This document shows, piece after piece, positions 41,559-51,178 of a DNA stretch of 64,000 bases. Origin of the DNA: Candidatus Heimdallarchaeum aukensis. Lineage in GTDB: Archaea; Asgardarchaeota; Heimdallarchaeia; Heimdallarchaeales; Heimdallarchaeaceae. Numbering within the stretch: position 1 is the first letter of the stretch; every line of letters begins with the position of its first letter. The stretch lies in contig CP084166.1 of the NCBI GenBank assembly GCA_021513695.1, positions 2,016,001-2,080,000 on the forward strand, read 5' to 3'. The notes beneath the pieces were generated by a model. That model was given only the letters and a program-made list of their open reading frames with translations. It was not told the DNA's origin and made no database searches. The translations under genes and the position numbers were made by a program.

Positions 41559-41753
41559 ATGAGCAAATTTATTAACAATACTCGTTCTTTCGTTATTCGT
41601 AGTAGACGTTTACTTCGTCATGCTAAAAAGCCTAGTCGTCGAGAGCTTTCCATGACTGCTAAAATTACTGCTTTAGGTATTATAGTCATTGGATTAATCG
41701 GTTGGGTTCTTCATCTTATGTTCAACGTTATACTTGACGCTATTAACAAATGA
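41559..41753 (+). CDS. secE: protein translocase subunit SecE / Sec61-gamma
   Basis: 64 aa. A basic N-terminus followed by a single TM helix (ITALGIIVIGLIGWVLHLMFNVIL). Located directly upstream of spt5, as in archaea. Confidence 0.75.
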   Translation: MSKFINNTRSFVIRSRRLLRHAKKPSRRELSMTAKITALGIIVIGLIGWVLHLMFNVILDAINK

Positions 41754-41799
41754 TATTATTCTTTCTTACGTTTTACTTAAACCTCGTGGAGATGAAATT

Positions 41800-42294
41800 A
41801 TGCCAATATATGCATTGAGAACAGCAATAGGGCAGGAACAATCTGTTTCTGAGTATTTAGCTCGTCGAGCAGATAAACGACCAGAGCTTGATATTAAAGC
41901 TATTTTGGTTACTGGTTCTCTTAAAGGTTATATCTTTATAGAATCAAGTTCAATTGATCACATAGAGTTACTAGTTGAAGGAGTCAGACACGTAAGGAAA
42001 CGTCCTCGTTCTTCTAGAGCTGAAGAGATACCTATTAATGAGCTAGAACATTTTCTTATGCCTCGTCCTGTTATTGAAGGGGTAAACCCTGGTGATATAG
42101 TAGAAATCGTCTCTGGTCCCTTTAAGGGTTCTCGAGCACGTGTCACAGATATTCATTCTGCAAAAGAAGAAGTTACCTTGGAGCTTTTAAGTGTTGATCT
42201 TCAAATACCCGTTACTATTTCTGGAGAATCAATACGCGTTATCGAAAAGGCCGCAACTGAAAAGGAAGAGGAAGAAGGAGAGTATCTTTTATAG
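41800..42294 (+). CDS. spt5: transcription elongation factor Spt5 (NusG homolog)
   Basis: NGN domain (MPIYALRTAIGQEQSVSEYLARR) plus a KOW motif (GDIVEIVSGPFKGSRARV). The in-frame ATG at 41800 was chosen over the upstream ORF-track start at 41734. Confidence 0.85.
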   Translation: MPIYALRTAIGQEQSVSEYLARRADKRPELDIKAILVTGSLKGYIFIESSSIDHIELLVEGVRHVRKRPRSSRAEEIPINELEHFLMPRPVIEGVNPGDIVEIVSGPFKGSRARVTDIHSAKEEVTLELLSVDLQIPVTISGESIRVIEKAATEKEEEEGEYLL

Positions 42295-42326
42295 ATAACT
42301 AATTATTTTTTGCCTATTTTTCTTTC

Positions 42327-44684
42327 TTGTTCAGAACTTTATTCTTTTTTTGTTCCTTAAGCGTAACCTTTTTTATTTTTCCTCAATACATACTCTGGAT
42401 AGCAAAATTGACCTCCTATATTCCTTTATCTCTTTCTGATGTTGTGCATAAAATAAGTATCTATGAGTCTGAATTGAATTTATTTAATAGTTCCAAGAAA
42501 AAAAACTTTGGTATCTACTATACCCCTGACTTTATAGTTGATTATATTGTTTCTAACGCTTTTCTTAGATATTTATCGAAGTTTGACAGCGATATTCCGC
42601 AATTAGTTAAGAAAATCTTGTCTCTTAACTCAAACCTCTCAAATCATGAAAAAAAGATTCTAATATATTTACACCAACATATTTTTCCAAATATAACTGT
42701 CTGTGATATATCGATGGGTTGGGGTGTCTTCCTCATCCATACATTTGATTACTTATTTTTACTGCGTAAAAACGTATTTATTCTTTTATATTCTCCTTCT
42801 TCTTCTGAATTAGAAGAGGAAAGCAAAAAAATCGCTATAGATATCATTCAGAATAGTCTTTTTGGTGCTGATCTTTCCGAAAAGGCTATAGAATTGGCTC
42901 AATTAAAGTTATTTAAACAAGTAATGGAAGCTCTAAATTGTTCTAATATTAAACTTCCTCGTGCTAATTTTAGACAAGGAAATAGTTTACTAGGTTTTAT
43001 TAATAAAGAATATATTAATGGAAAGGATTCTACAAACTACTGGGTTGAACTTTTTTTATCTAAATTTAAAAAGAAAACATTAATCACAGAAGTTTATAAC
43101 TTTTTAAGAAAACAAAAACTAGTTCATTGGAAATCATTTTTTCCTCAATTGAGAAATCGAGAAGGTTTTGATATTATCGTAGGAAATCCCCCCTACATCA
43201 ATGTTAAACGTTTACCACAAATTGAGAGATATATTTATGCAAGCATTTATGAAACTTATAATTCCAACGGTGATCTATCTAACGTTTTCTGGGAACGTGC
43301 ATTATCAATATTACGTCCCTCTGGAGTTGTTTCTTTTATAGTTCCTCGATACTGGTTAGAGGGTAAAGATAGCAATAAATTGAGATATTTTATCCAGAAG
43401 AATTCTAGAATCCTTGAAATCATGGACTTCCAAAGTAATAGGAGTTTGTTTTCTGAGAGCGAAAAAAAGTTGGGGGTCGATGTTTCTATTGTAACTTTAG
43501 AAAAAAGAAAAGAAAAAGGATTGTTTGACGTTTATATTTTACAAAATTCTGAGAGAATAACCTCTGTCAATAAACATAATTTTCTTGTTAAACAAATCGA
43601 TCAAGAATCCCTCTCCTCTTCAAGATGGAACTTTAATGTTCCTAAACTGGTTGAATATCTCGATGAACATAGTTGTTTAACACTTGGGGGAGATAAAGAA
43701 AATAATATTCCTGGTGTGTGTTATATCGGGAAAGGTTGTTCAACAGGTAATAATTCAATATTTACTTTAAAAAAAATTAAAGATAATATATTTGAAGGAT
43801 ATAAAAAAGTTAAACTTTCTCTCCCTGAAAATGAACAAAGAGTTTTAAGAAGATTAATTAAAAATAGTGATATTACCCGCTATTTTCTTAAAAAACAAGA
43901 GCGATATTGGATATTTCTCAAAGACAAGTCTATTTCAGATTACCCTATGATTGAGCAGTATCTACATAAGTATATCGAGAAACTCAAAGAAACACAAAAA
44001 AAATATGGTAGTAAGAACTTCTTTGACTATGCAGCCTATCGCTCTTTAAATTTAATTGATAGTGTTCCAAAAATCGTAACGCCATATCAGTCTTCAATTA
44101 ATAGATTTGCTTTAGTTAAAAGTAAAGCGCCCCTAACAATTAATGAAACAGATGTTATCACTCTTGTTATCAAACAAGAAATGCGTTCTAAGTTGGACTG
44201 GTTTTTTCTTCTTTCTCTTCTAAATTCTGAACTTTTACATTATTATATTAAACACAGAAACAAAAAAATTTACTATCTCTACGATTTTAGAACAAGTCAA
44301 ATTACCACTCTACCTATTCAAGTCTCTCACAACCAAAAAGTGGTAAGTTTCTTTTCTGAATGTATGTACAGAGCACAAGCACTTCAATTGGATGATAGAC
44401 TATATATGCAAGTCAGATCTAAACTCGAGTTTATAATAAATTCTTTGGTTTTTGAAATTTATCTTAGAGAGAAACTATCTTCAGAATTAGAAGAAGTGTT
44501 GCAAGAAATTGTCTTTACGCAGAAACCTGAAGTCATTAATTTTAAACGCGAAAATGAATTTCTTTCAAAAATATTGTCCTCTCCTACAATTATTAAACAA
44601 CTAAGACAGATTTACTCAAATAAGGAAGTAACCTCTGTAGTTAAAGATTTAAGTTTACCCTATTCAAAATTTATTATAAAGTGA
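42327..44684 (+). CDS. gamma-class N6-adenine DNA methyltransferase (Eco57I/TaqI-like) with a large C-terminal target-recognition region; orphan, with no adjacent restriction nuclease
   Basis: 785 aa. Motif X GIYYTPDFIVDYIV, motif I CDISMGWGVFL and motif IV IVGNPPYIN occur in that (gamma) order. The true start is probably downstream of the hydrophobic N-terminal 40 aa. Confidence 0.75.
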   Translation: MFRTLFFFCSLSVTFFIFPQYILWIAKLTSYIPLSLSDVVHKISIYESELNLFNSSKKKNFGIYYTPDFIVDYIVSNAFLRYLSKFDSDIPQLVKKILSLNSNLSNHEKKILIYLHQHIFPNITVCDISMGWGVFLIHTFDYLFLLRKNVFILLYSPSSSELEEESKKIAIDIIQNSLFGADLSEKAIELAQLKLFKQVMEALNCSNIKLPRANFRQGNSLLGFINKEYINGKDSTNYWVELFLSKFKKKTLITEVYNFLRKQKLVHWKSFFPQLRNREGFDIIVGNPPYINVKRLPQIERYIYASIYETYNSNGDLSNVFWERALSILRPSGVVSFIVPRYWLEGKDSNKLRYFIQKNSRILEIMDFQSNRSLFSESEKKLGVDVSIVTLEKRKEKGLFDVYILQNSERITSVNKHNFLVKQIDQESLSSSRWNFNVPKLVEYLDEHSCLTLGGDKENNIPGVCYIGKGCSTGNNSIFTLKKIKDNIFEGYKKVKLSLPENEQRVLRRLIKNSDITRYFLKKQERYWIFLKDKSISDYPMIEQYLHKYIEKLKETQKKYGSKNFFDYAAYRSLNLIDSVPKIVTPYQSSINRFALVKSKAPLTINETDVITLVIKQEMRSKLDWFFLLSLLNSELLHYYIKHRNKKIYYLYDFRTSQITTLPIQVSHNQKVVSFFSECMYRAQALQLDDRLYMQVRSKLEFIINSLVFEIYLREKLSSELEEVLQEIVFTQKPEVINFKRENEFLSKILSSPTIIKQLRQIYSNKEVTSVVKDLSLPYSKFIIK

Positions 44685-44708
44685 TTTTACCGATACAATT
44701 TTCTATTT

Positions 44709-45146
44709 TTAAGTCAATAATTTGCCTAATTTAATAGCTGCTCTTTCTAAATCTAAAAATAGTAAACCAAGTTTTGTGTCTGGTGTAGTGGAAACGGTGA
44801 TAACTGCATTTTCTCCTGCTTGCATTGTAACAATATATCCATTATCTCCTTCAATAAGAATCTTCTTTACTTTTCCTTTTCTTAATTCTGAAACCACACG
44901 TTCCCCTAGAGACAAGCTTGCTGCAGTCATTGCTGAAATGCGAGTTTCATCAATGTTGTCCAACATTAATGAAGCTATGGGTAACCCTTCGACAGAAACA
45001 ACCGCGATATCTAAAATCCCTGGGGACTTGAATCTTAATTCACTTATACAATCAGTTATTTCTTCACTAATTTTGTTTGTTAGAATTCCAAAAGACAATA
45101 TTTTCACTCCTAATTTTTCCTTTGATTGTTCTCCTTTTTTATACAA
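44709..45146 (-). CDS. Roadblock/LC7 (MglB-like) domain protein
   Basis: 145 aa. ILDIAVVSVEGLPIAS ... KILIEGDNGYIVTMQAGENAVITV is the typical roadblock fold signature. The antisense ORF 44722..45207 is rejected. Confidence 0.65.
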   Translation of the reverse strand: MYKKGEQSKEKLGVKILSFGILTNKISEEITDCISELRFKSPGILDIAVVSVEGLPIASLMLDNIDETRISAMTAASLSLGERVVSELRKGKVKKILIEGDNGYIVTMQAGENAVITVSTTPDTKLGLLFLDLERAAIKLGKLLT

Positions 45147-45434
45147 AAATAGAACTTATAAAGACCACAAAATGTTAGTGATAATTCAAAAAGAAAATAG
45201 TTTTTAGCAGTAGGCACTAACCTTTCTTCTAAAGTTTTTGCAATATGTCTGTCTCAACCCTCTCCTTTCATTGTATGTTTAGGTTGAGTTACCAAGTGAT
45301 TAAACTTCCTTTAGTTTTCTCTCTTGAAAGACTGAGTGCGAAAAACTTACGTAAAAAAGTAAATTATATCAATCGACACACTTAAATCATTTAATAATCG
45401 GTTGAGGACAAAGGTTAGATTTTGGTGAATCAGT

Positions 45435-47549
45435 GTGACTAAGCTTGAAAAACTATTAAGGCCTGAAAGCGTAGTAATTATTGGCGCTTCTTCTGATGAA
45501 AAGAAAGTTGGTTATGCAGCATTAAAAAATATGATTGATTGTGGGTTCAAAGGAAGGTTATATGCTGTTAATCCCAAAGCTGAACGCTATAATTATGAAA
45601 TTTTGGGTGTCAAGTGTTATTCTCGTGTAAGCGATATCGAAGATACAATTGATCTAGCAGTAATTTGCATTCCTGCACGGTTTATTCCTGCAACTATTGA
45701 AGAATTAGGTGGAAAGAAAGTCCCATATGTTGCTGTAATAACTGCTGGTTTTAAAGAAGTTGGAGAAGAAGGAGCAAAACTTGAAAAGGAACTAGTTGAA
45801 CTTGTGAAAAAATACAACATGAGAATGGTAGGGCCGAATATTTTAGGTATAATAGATACTATTGCACCTATAAATGCAAGTTTTGCAGAACAAACTCCAA
45901 TAAGAGGAGATATTGCATTTATATCCCAAAGTGGAGCTCTTTTAACGGGTATTCTAGATTGGAGTAGAGCAGAGGGAATAGGCTTCTCATCTTTTATAAG
46001 TATAGGTAATAAAGCAGATCTGGACGCAACAGACTTTATTGAAGCTTTAGGTGAGGATAAGCATACAAAAGCAATATTGGCTTATTTGGAAAGTATAAAT
46101 CGAGGGGAAGAATTCATTAAGATTTGTTCTGAAGTAACGAGGACAAAACCTGTCCTTATTATTAAATCAGGAAGATCAAAAGCTGGAGCAAAGGCAGCAT
46201 CTTCACACACAGGAAGTATGGCTGGTGCAGATACAACTTATGATGTTGCTTTTGAAAAATGTGGTGTAATAAGAGCTGATGATGCTGAAGAATTGTTTGA
46301 TATGGCATTTTCATTCAGTTGTATGCCTATACCAAAAGGAAATAGAATAGTAATAATTACTAATGCTGGTGGACCTGGAATTCTGGCAACTGATGCTGCC
46401 GAAAGAGAAGGGTTAGAATTAGCAGAGATATCCCCCGAGTTTGAGGCAAAATTAAGAGAATTTCTACCTCCTGCATCAAGTTTCAAAAATCCGATAGATG
46501 CCTTAGGAACAGCACAAGGAGAGGATTATGGACGGATAATAGAACTAGCATGTAAAGAAGAAAATATAGATGGAATAGTCGTTATTTTAACGCCACAAGC
46601 TATGACCGAAGGACAAGAAACTGCAGAAAGAATTGTGGAGATGCATGAAAAATATCCTGAAAAACCTATCATTGCAGTTTTTATAGGGGGAGAATCATTA
46701 GGCCCCGCAATATATTATTTGAAGAAACACAAAATACCCACATTTACACTTCCAGAGAGAGGGGTTGGAGCTATGGCCGCTATGGCAAGATATGCTAAAA
46801 TAAAAAACAGGCCAGAAGATGAACCTATACCTGAAATAGAAGTAGATAAACAGAGAGTAGAAGAAATATTCAAGAAAGTAAGGGCTGAAGGTAGAAAAAC
46901 GTTATATGGCACAGAAGCAAAAGAAGTGGTAAAGGTATATGGAATAACTACTCCTGCGGCTAAATTAGCAAAAACAAGCGATGAAGCTAAACAAATCGCT
47001 AAAGAACTAGGTTTCCCTGTAGTTATGAAGATAACAGGGGAAGGAATTATGCATAAAAGTGACATCGGAGGAGTAAAAGTAGGTATAAAAAATGAAGAAG
47101 AAGTAGAAAAAGCTTTTACTGAAATAATGGAAAATGTAAAGAAACATTATCCAAACGCAGAAAGCCTAATAGAAGTGCAATATATGGCTCCTCTAGGAAG
47201 AGAATTAATAACAGGAATATTACAAGATCCTCAATTTGGTCCACTAGTAATGATAGGATTAGGAGGAATATATACCAACTTCCTTAAAGATGCAGCTTTC
47301 GGTTTAGCTCCACTAAGCTACAAAGAAGCTGAAATTGTGTTAAGAAAAACAAAATCTTACACATTGTTAAAAGGAGTAAGAGGAGAAAAACCTTCAGATA
47401 TAAAGGCAATAGTTGACACTATGGTGAAAATATCACTGCTTGCAAGAGATTTCAAAAACGATATTAAAGAGATGGACGTAAACCCATTCTTCGCTTATGA
47501 AGAAGGAAAAGGAATCTCAGCAGTAGATGTAAAAATAGTACTTAATTAA
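45435..47549 (+). CDS. acd: acetyl-CoA synthetase (ADP-forming), fused alpha/beta subunits
   Basis: 704 aa. N-terminal CoA-binding domain (SVVIIGASSDEKKVGYA), succinyl-CoA-synthetase-like middle region, C-terminal ATP-grasp (LYGTEAKEVVKVYGI...PVVMKI). Confidence 0.85.
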   Translation: MTKLEKLLRPESVVIIGASSDEKKVGYAALKNMIDCGFKGRLYAVNPKAERYNYEILGVKCYSRVSDIEDTIDLAVICIPARFIPATIEELGGKKVPYVAVITAGFKEVGEEGAKLEKELVELVKKYNMRMVGPNILGIIDTIAPINASFAEQTPIRGDIAFISQSGALLTGILDWSRAEGIGFSSFISIGNKADLDATDFIEALGEDKHTKAILAYLESINRGEEFIKICSEVTRTKPVLIIKSGRSKAGAKAASSHTGSMAGADTTYDVAFEKCGVIRADDAEELFDMAFSFSCMPIPKGNRIVIITNAGGPGILATDAAEREGLELAEISPEFEAKLREFLPPASSFKNPIDALGTAQGEDYGRIIELACKEENIDGIVVILTPQAMTEGQETAERIVEMHEKYPEKPIIAVFIGGESLGPAIYYLKKHKIPTFTLPERGVGAMAAMARYAKIKNRPEDEPIPEIEVDKQRVEEIFKKVRAEGRKTLYGTEAKEVVKVYGITTPAAKLAKTSDEAKQIAKELGFPVVMKITGEGIMHKSDIGGVKVGIKNEEEVEKAFTEIMENVKKHYPNAESLIEVQYMAPLGRELITGILQDPQFGPLVMIGLGGIYTNFLKDAAFGLAPLSYKEAEIVLRKTKSYTLLKGVRGEKPSDIKAIVDTMVKISLLARDFKNDIKEMDVNPFFAYEEGKGISAVDVKIVLN

Positions 47550-47645
47550 TTAAAATAAAGAATTTTAAATAAATTCTCTTCTTTTTTTGTTTTTTATTTA
47601 TAAAAGCAAATAAATTTTAAATAATACCATAAAAGTAGGAAAAAC

Positions 47646-48335
47646 ATGGTGCTTTTAGAGATTCTTGTACTCCTTGTAGGATATATCTGTGGCTCGATTC
47701 CCGTAGGTTTCTTAATAGGAAAAATAGGTTATAATATTGATGTAAGAAAACATGGTAGTGGAAATATAGGAATGGCAAATGTAATGCGTCTATGCGGAAA
47801 AAAAGCAGGAATAATGACAATGATAGGTGATATGGTAAAAGGAACAATTGCCGTTCTAAGTGGGAGAATATTAATATGGACAAAAAATTTTGAAGGATTA
47901 GGAAAAATAGGACAAGTAGAATTAACAAATGAAGGGTTATTTCTGTCATTAATAGTCTTTACAACAATAATAGGGCATAGTTTTCCAATATGGTTAAAGT
48001 TTAAAGGAGGGAAATCAGCAAGTGTGGGAGGAGGAGCAATATTAGGAATAAACCCAATAGCATTTGTAATAATAATGAGTTTATGGATTGTTATACTTAA
48101 AAAAACTAAATATACTTCACTTTCAAATTTAGTAGCAGGTATGCTCTATCCTCCATTGTTATGGGTGTTCGCGGGAACTGATCCTTTCTTTAACAACAAT
48201 TGGCAAGCAGCAATAGTAGGAGCAATATGTTTGTTGTTTGTAATCTGGAGACATAGGGAAAATGTGTCAAGGTTAATAAAAGGAACAGAAAGAAAAATTG
48301 GACAAAAAGAAAAAATAGAAGAGAAAAAAGACTAG
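47646..48335 (+). CDS. plsY: PlsY-like glycerol-3-phosphate acyltransferase family membrane protein
   Basis: 229 aa, multi-TM. N-terminus LLVGYICGSIPVGFLIGK and the signature HGSGNIGMANVMR (compare GSGNxGATN of PlsY). Confidence 0.6.
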   Translation: MVLLEILVLLVGYICGSIPVGFLIGKIGYNIDVRKHGSGNIGMANVMRLCGKKAGIMTMIGDMVKGTIAVLSGRILIWTKNFEGLGKIGQVELTNEGLFLSLIVFTTIIGHSFPIWLKFKGGKSASVGGGAILGINPIAFVIIMSLWIVILKKTKYTSLSNLVAGMLYPPLLWVFAGTDPFFNNNWQAAIVGAICLLFVIWRHRENVSRLIKGTERKIGQKEKIEEKKD

Positions 48336-48431
48336 AATTAAAATAATGGATAGTTTAGTTCTTTTTAAGTTCTTTTTTGAAAAATTGATTTTTCTTATTT
48401 TTTACTGATTAAAAACGTTTTAATTATTGAA

Positions 48432-49178
48432 ATGAGAGAAAAGAATATAATGAAGAGAAAAATCTCAAAGTCAATCAGTGCACTAGAAATCATAGGTATA
48501 ATAATAGTTGCGTCAGCAGCAACAATATTGATAGTAACAAACATTCAACTAGTAAAAGTAGAAGAGATTTTTCTTGAAAAAGAGTACATAAAAGGAGAGA
48601 ATGTGACATTAAAAGTCCAAATAAATAAAAAAATAGAAGAGATCTCAGAAATAGATTATTGTCTGGTGGGGATAAAATCAGAAAATTACTCTTATGAGGG
48701 AGTGTTCAAAGCAAACATAGAAAAAATAGAAATAGATAATTTAAAAACAAAAAGAACAAACATCACAGTATCATTAAAACCATTAATTAAAAATGAAAAT
48801 GGATATTATGCATTAAACGTAGGAAATTATGAAATAGAAAGCCTAGAGTTAAAAATAGGAAGAAAAATAATCAAGCATAGATTAAATGCAAATTTCGTTA
48901 TAAAACATGGAGAAGAGGAAGAAAGAATAAAAAATGGAAATTTTGAACAAGAAGGAGATTATTGGATAATAGAATACAATAAAGAAAAATTTACACTAAA
49001 TTTTAAAGAAAATGAGTATACAGATGGAAAAGCACTAATCTTAAGAAAAAATGAGGAAAAGACAGAAACAAATCAAACATCTATATTGACTATGACACAG
49101 AAAATTAAACTAAAAGATATACACTACCTAGAAATGGATGTAAAAGTAATAAGTGAAAATGAGAGTAAAGTAAATTAA
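48432..49178 (+). CDS. putative type IV pilin-like protein (class III signal peptide)
   Basis: 248 aa. N-terminus MKRKISKSISALEIIGIIIVASAATILIV has basic residues, a small residue at -1, Glu at +5 and then a hydrophobic helix. The rest is Lys/Glu/Asn-rich. Confidence 0.4.
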   Translation: MREKNIMKRKISKSISALEIIGIIIVASAATILIVTNIQLVKVEEIFLEKEYIKGENVTLKVQINKKIEEISEIDYCLVGIKSENYSYEGVFKANIEKIEIDNLKTKRTNITVSLKPLIKNENGYYALNVGNYEIESLELKIGRKIIKHRLNANFVIKHGEEEERIKNGNFEQEGDYWIIEYNKEKFTLNFKENEYTDGKALILRKNEEKTETNQTSILTMTQKIKLKDIHYLEMDVKVISENESKVN

Positions 49179-49180
49179 GT

Positions 49181-50032
49181 GTGAAAATTAACAATAAAGA
49201 AAGAAAACATGTGCAAGAAATAGATGAAAAAAGCAAAATGCATCAAAAAATAATTTTTGGAGAAATAAAAGAAGAAAATGAAGAAGCAAACATATCAATA
49301 GAAATAACAACAACAGAAGAAATAAACAAAGATTTTGAAATAATAATTGACAACGTGTCAATAAAAGCTTATGAAAAAAAGATTTTCATAGCAATATTAG
49401 ATAATAACTGGAAAATAGCACAAGGAAAGGTAATAAGAAACGAGACAGAGATAGCAGTAGAAAGAGCATCAAAATATTTCGAGAAGAACCTGGGTATAAA
49501 ACTAATACCACTGGTAAGAGTAGAGTGGAAACTAGAAAGTGAAAACAAAATAATAAGCTTAGATGAGATGCATGAAAAAGCAATAAAAGATGCAGAAAAA
49601 TTGTTGGGATTAAAACAAGAGTGGATAGTAGAAAAAGGAAGATCAGAAAAAAATAATGGGTTCGATATGCTAAACGCTTTCACAAATAAAACAGGAGAAC
49701 ATTTCGGATTTATATTCGGAGGAGAAAATGCAGCCTTCCACTTCGCTCAATCAAATTACCTGCAAAAAGCACTAAATGAAGCAGGAATGGGATACATACA
49801 AGTAACAGTGATAGATGAATGGGCAGAAAGCCTGGTACAACATGAAGTAAGCCATATATTCGGAGCAAAAGATAGAGACAGTAGAGAGTATGAACCAAGT
49901 GTGATGACAAAACAATTGACAACAGAAGAAGTAATAAAAGCATTTATAGAAGGAAAAATGTGGTTACAATGCAATAATTGGTTAATAGAAGACATGAAAA
50001 TAATGATAGAAAATGTAGAACTATTCAAATAA
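49181..50032 (+). CDS. hypothetical protein with an HExxH zincin-like motif (LVQHEVSHIFGAKDRD)
   Basis: 283 aa. Starts 3 nt after the upstream pilin-like gene (GTG start, or ATG at 49238). Only one HExxH motif, so the metalloprotease call is tentative. Confidence 0.35.
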   Translation: MKINNKERKHVQEIDEKSKMHQKIIFGEIKEENEEANISIEITTTEEINKDFEIIIDNVSIKAYEKKIFIAILDNNWKIAQGKVIRNETEIAVERASKYFEKNLGIKLIPLVRVEWKLESENKIISLDEMHEKAIKDAEKLLGLKQEWIVEKGRSEKNNGFDMLNAFTNKTGEHFGFIFGGENAAFHFAQSNYLQKALNEAGMGYIQVTVIDEWAESLVQHEVSHIFGAKDRDSREYEPSVMTKQLTTEEVIKAFIEGKMWLQCNNWLIEDMKIMIENVELFK

Positions 50033-50200
50033 AAATAAAGAAAAAAGACAAAAGAAGCAATGGGTGGGAAAAAGAAAAATTGTAACTATCAGAAAGCGAA
50101 AACTTTAATTAATAATTTGGAAGCAGTAATCCGTCAATAAAAAGAAAAAATTGACAAAAAAGAAAAAAGAAAAATGGCAAAAACGCCCACTAAAAGCGCT

Positions 50201-50277
50201 GGCGGGGTAGTCTAGCTTGGTATGGCCCCTGGTTTGGGACCAGGTGATCAGGAGTTCAAGTCTCCTCTCCGCCACCA
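50201..50277 (+). tRNA. tRNA-Pro (anticodon TGG)
   Basis: GGCGGGG TA GTCT AGCTTGGTA TGGC C CCTGG TTTGGGA CCAGG TGATC AGGAG TTCAAGT CTCCT CTCCGCC A CCA. No intron. Confidence 0.8.
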
Positions 50278-50425
50278 TTTTCCTTTGTTTTGAGGCTTTT
50301 TCAGTTCTTTCTTCTGGGAAGATATGCATATTTTACTATTTGAATAAATAATCTAATTATTATGACCAATAATTGTTAGCTCATATTCACTGTATTCTCG
50401 TAACTAACAACAAAAAAACGCTTTG

Positions 50426-51178
50426 TTATTCTGACGAACTGGAGAGTAAATCCTCTGCTCTTAACTTTTTACTAGTTCTCCTATTATAATTTTCTTGAAT
50501 TCTATTAAGGCCGCTATAAAAATCATTATACCTGTTAATTTGTTTTGTAGTTTTTCTTTTTTCTTCATTTTTTCTCTCACGATTAAAAAGATAAGAGAAA
50601 TATTCTCTAACTGACAAACCTGTCTCCTTTATATGATTAAATAATAAACCAATTACGTAGGCAATAGGAAAAACAATTATGGCTATAATAAAGAGATATT
50701 TAAGCCAATCTACACTTTTTCCTACTACTAGAAGAACAATAACAGTTGGTAAATATAATGCTGAAATAGTAGCTACGATTATTGCTATTATATAAAAAAA
50801 TTCAAAAAAAAGTCTACTTATGCTATATGCACCACTTGAAAGATACTTAAACAACAGCCCAACTCCAAAGTTCACAGTAAAAATACCCAAAATAGTGAAC
50901 ATAAATAGATAAACAAGGCTGTTTGTAGGATACTTTTTAAGAGCAATTACATAAAGAATCGAGGATCCTAAAACAGTACAAATAATCTGGACAAAAGGCT
51001 TCCATCTCGACCAGTTTTTACTCACATACTTAGAGGTTTTTCTTTTTGGTGGAGTCTTTATACTAGCCTCAGCTTCGCCATATTCAGCAAGTTTTACAGC
51101 TGTAGAATATAGGCTCATACGTCTCCTCTTTTGTGTTAATTGCTTATGAAAGTCCTTTTCCTTTTTTTTACTGTACAT
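50426..51178 (-). CDS. multi-pass membrane protein, function unknown
   Basis: 250 aa. A basic N-terminal region followed by about 5 hydrophobic helices. Confidence 0.5.
   Translation of the reverse strand: MYSKKKEKDFHKQLTQKRRRMSLYSTAVKLAEYGEAEASIKTPPKRKTSKYVSKNWSRWKPFVQIICTVLGSSILYVIALKKYPTNSLVYLFMFTILGIFTVNFGVGLLFKYLSSGAYSISRLFFEFFYIIAIIVATISALYLPTVIVLLVVGKSVDWLKYLFIIAIIVFPIAYVIGLLFNHIKETGLSVREYFSYLFNRERKNEEKRKTTKQINRYNDFYSGLNRIQENYNRRTSKKLRAEDLLSSSSE

Noticed and set aside
44722-45207. 161-aa plus-strand ORF antisense to the Roadblock gene
   Set aside because: The minus-strand product has a clear Roadblock/LC7 signature. The plus-strand product is low complexity.
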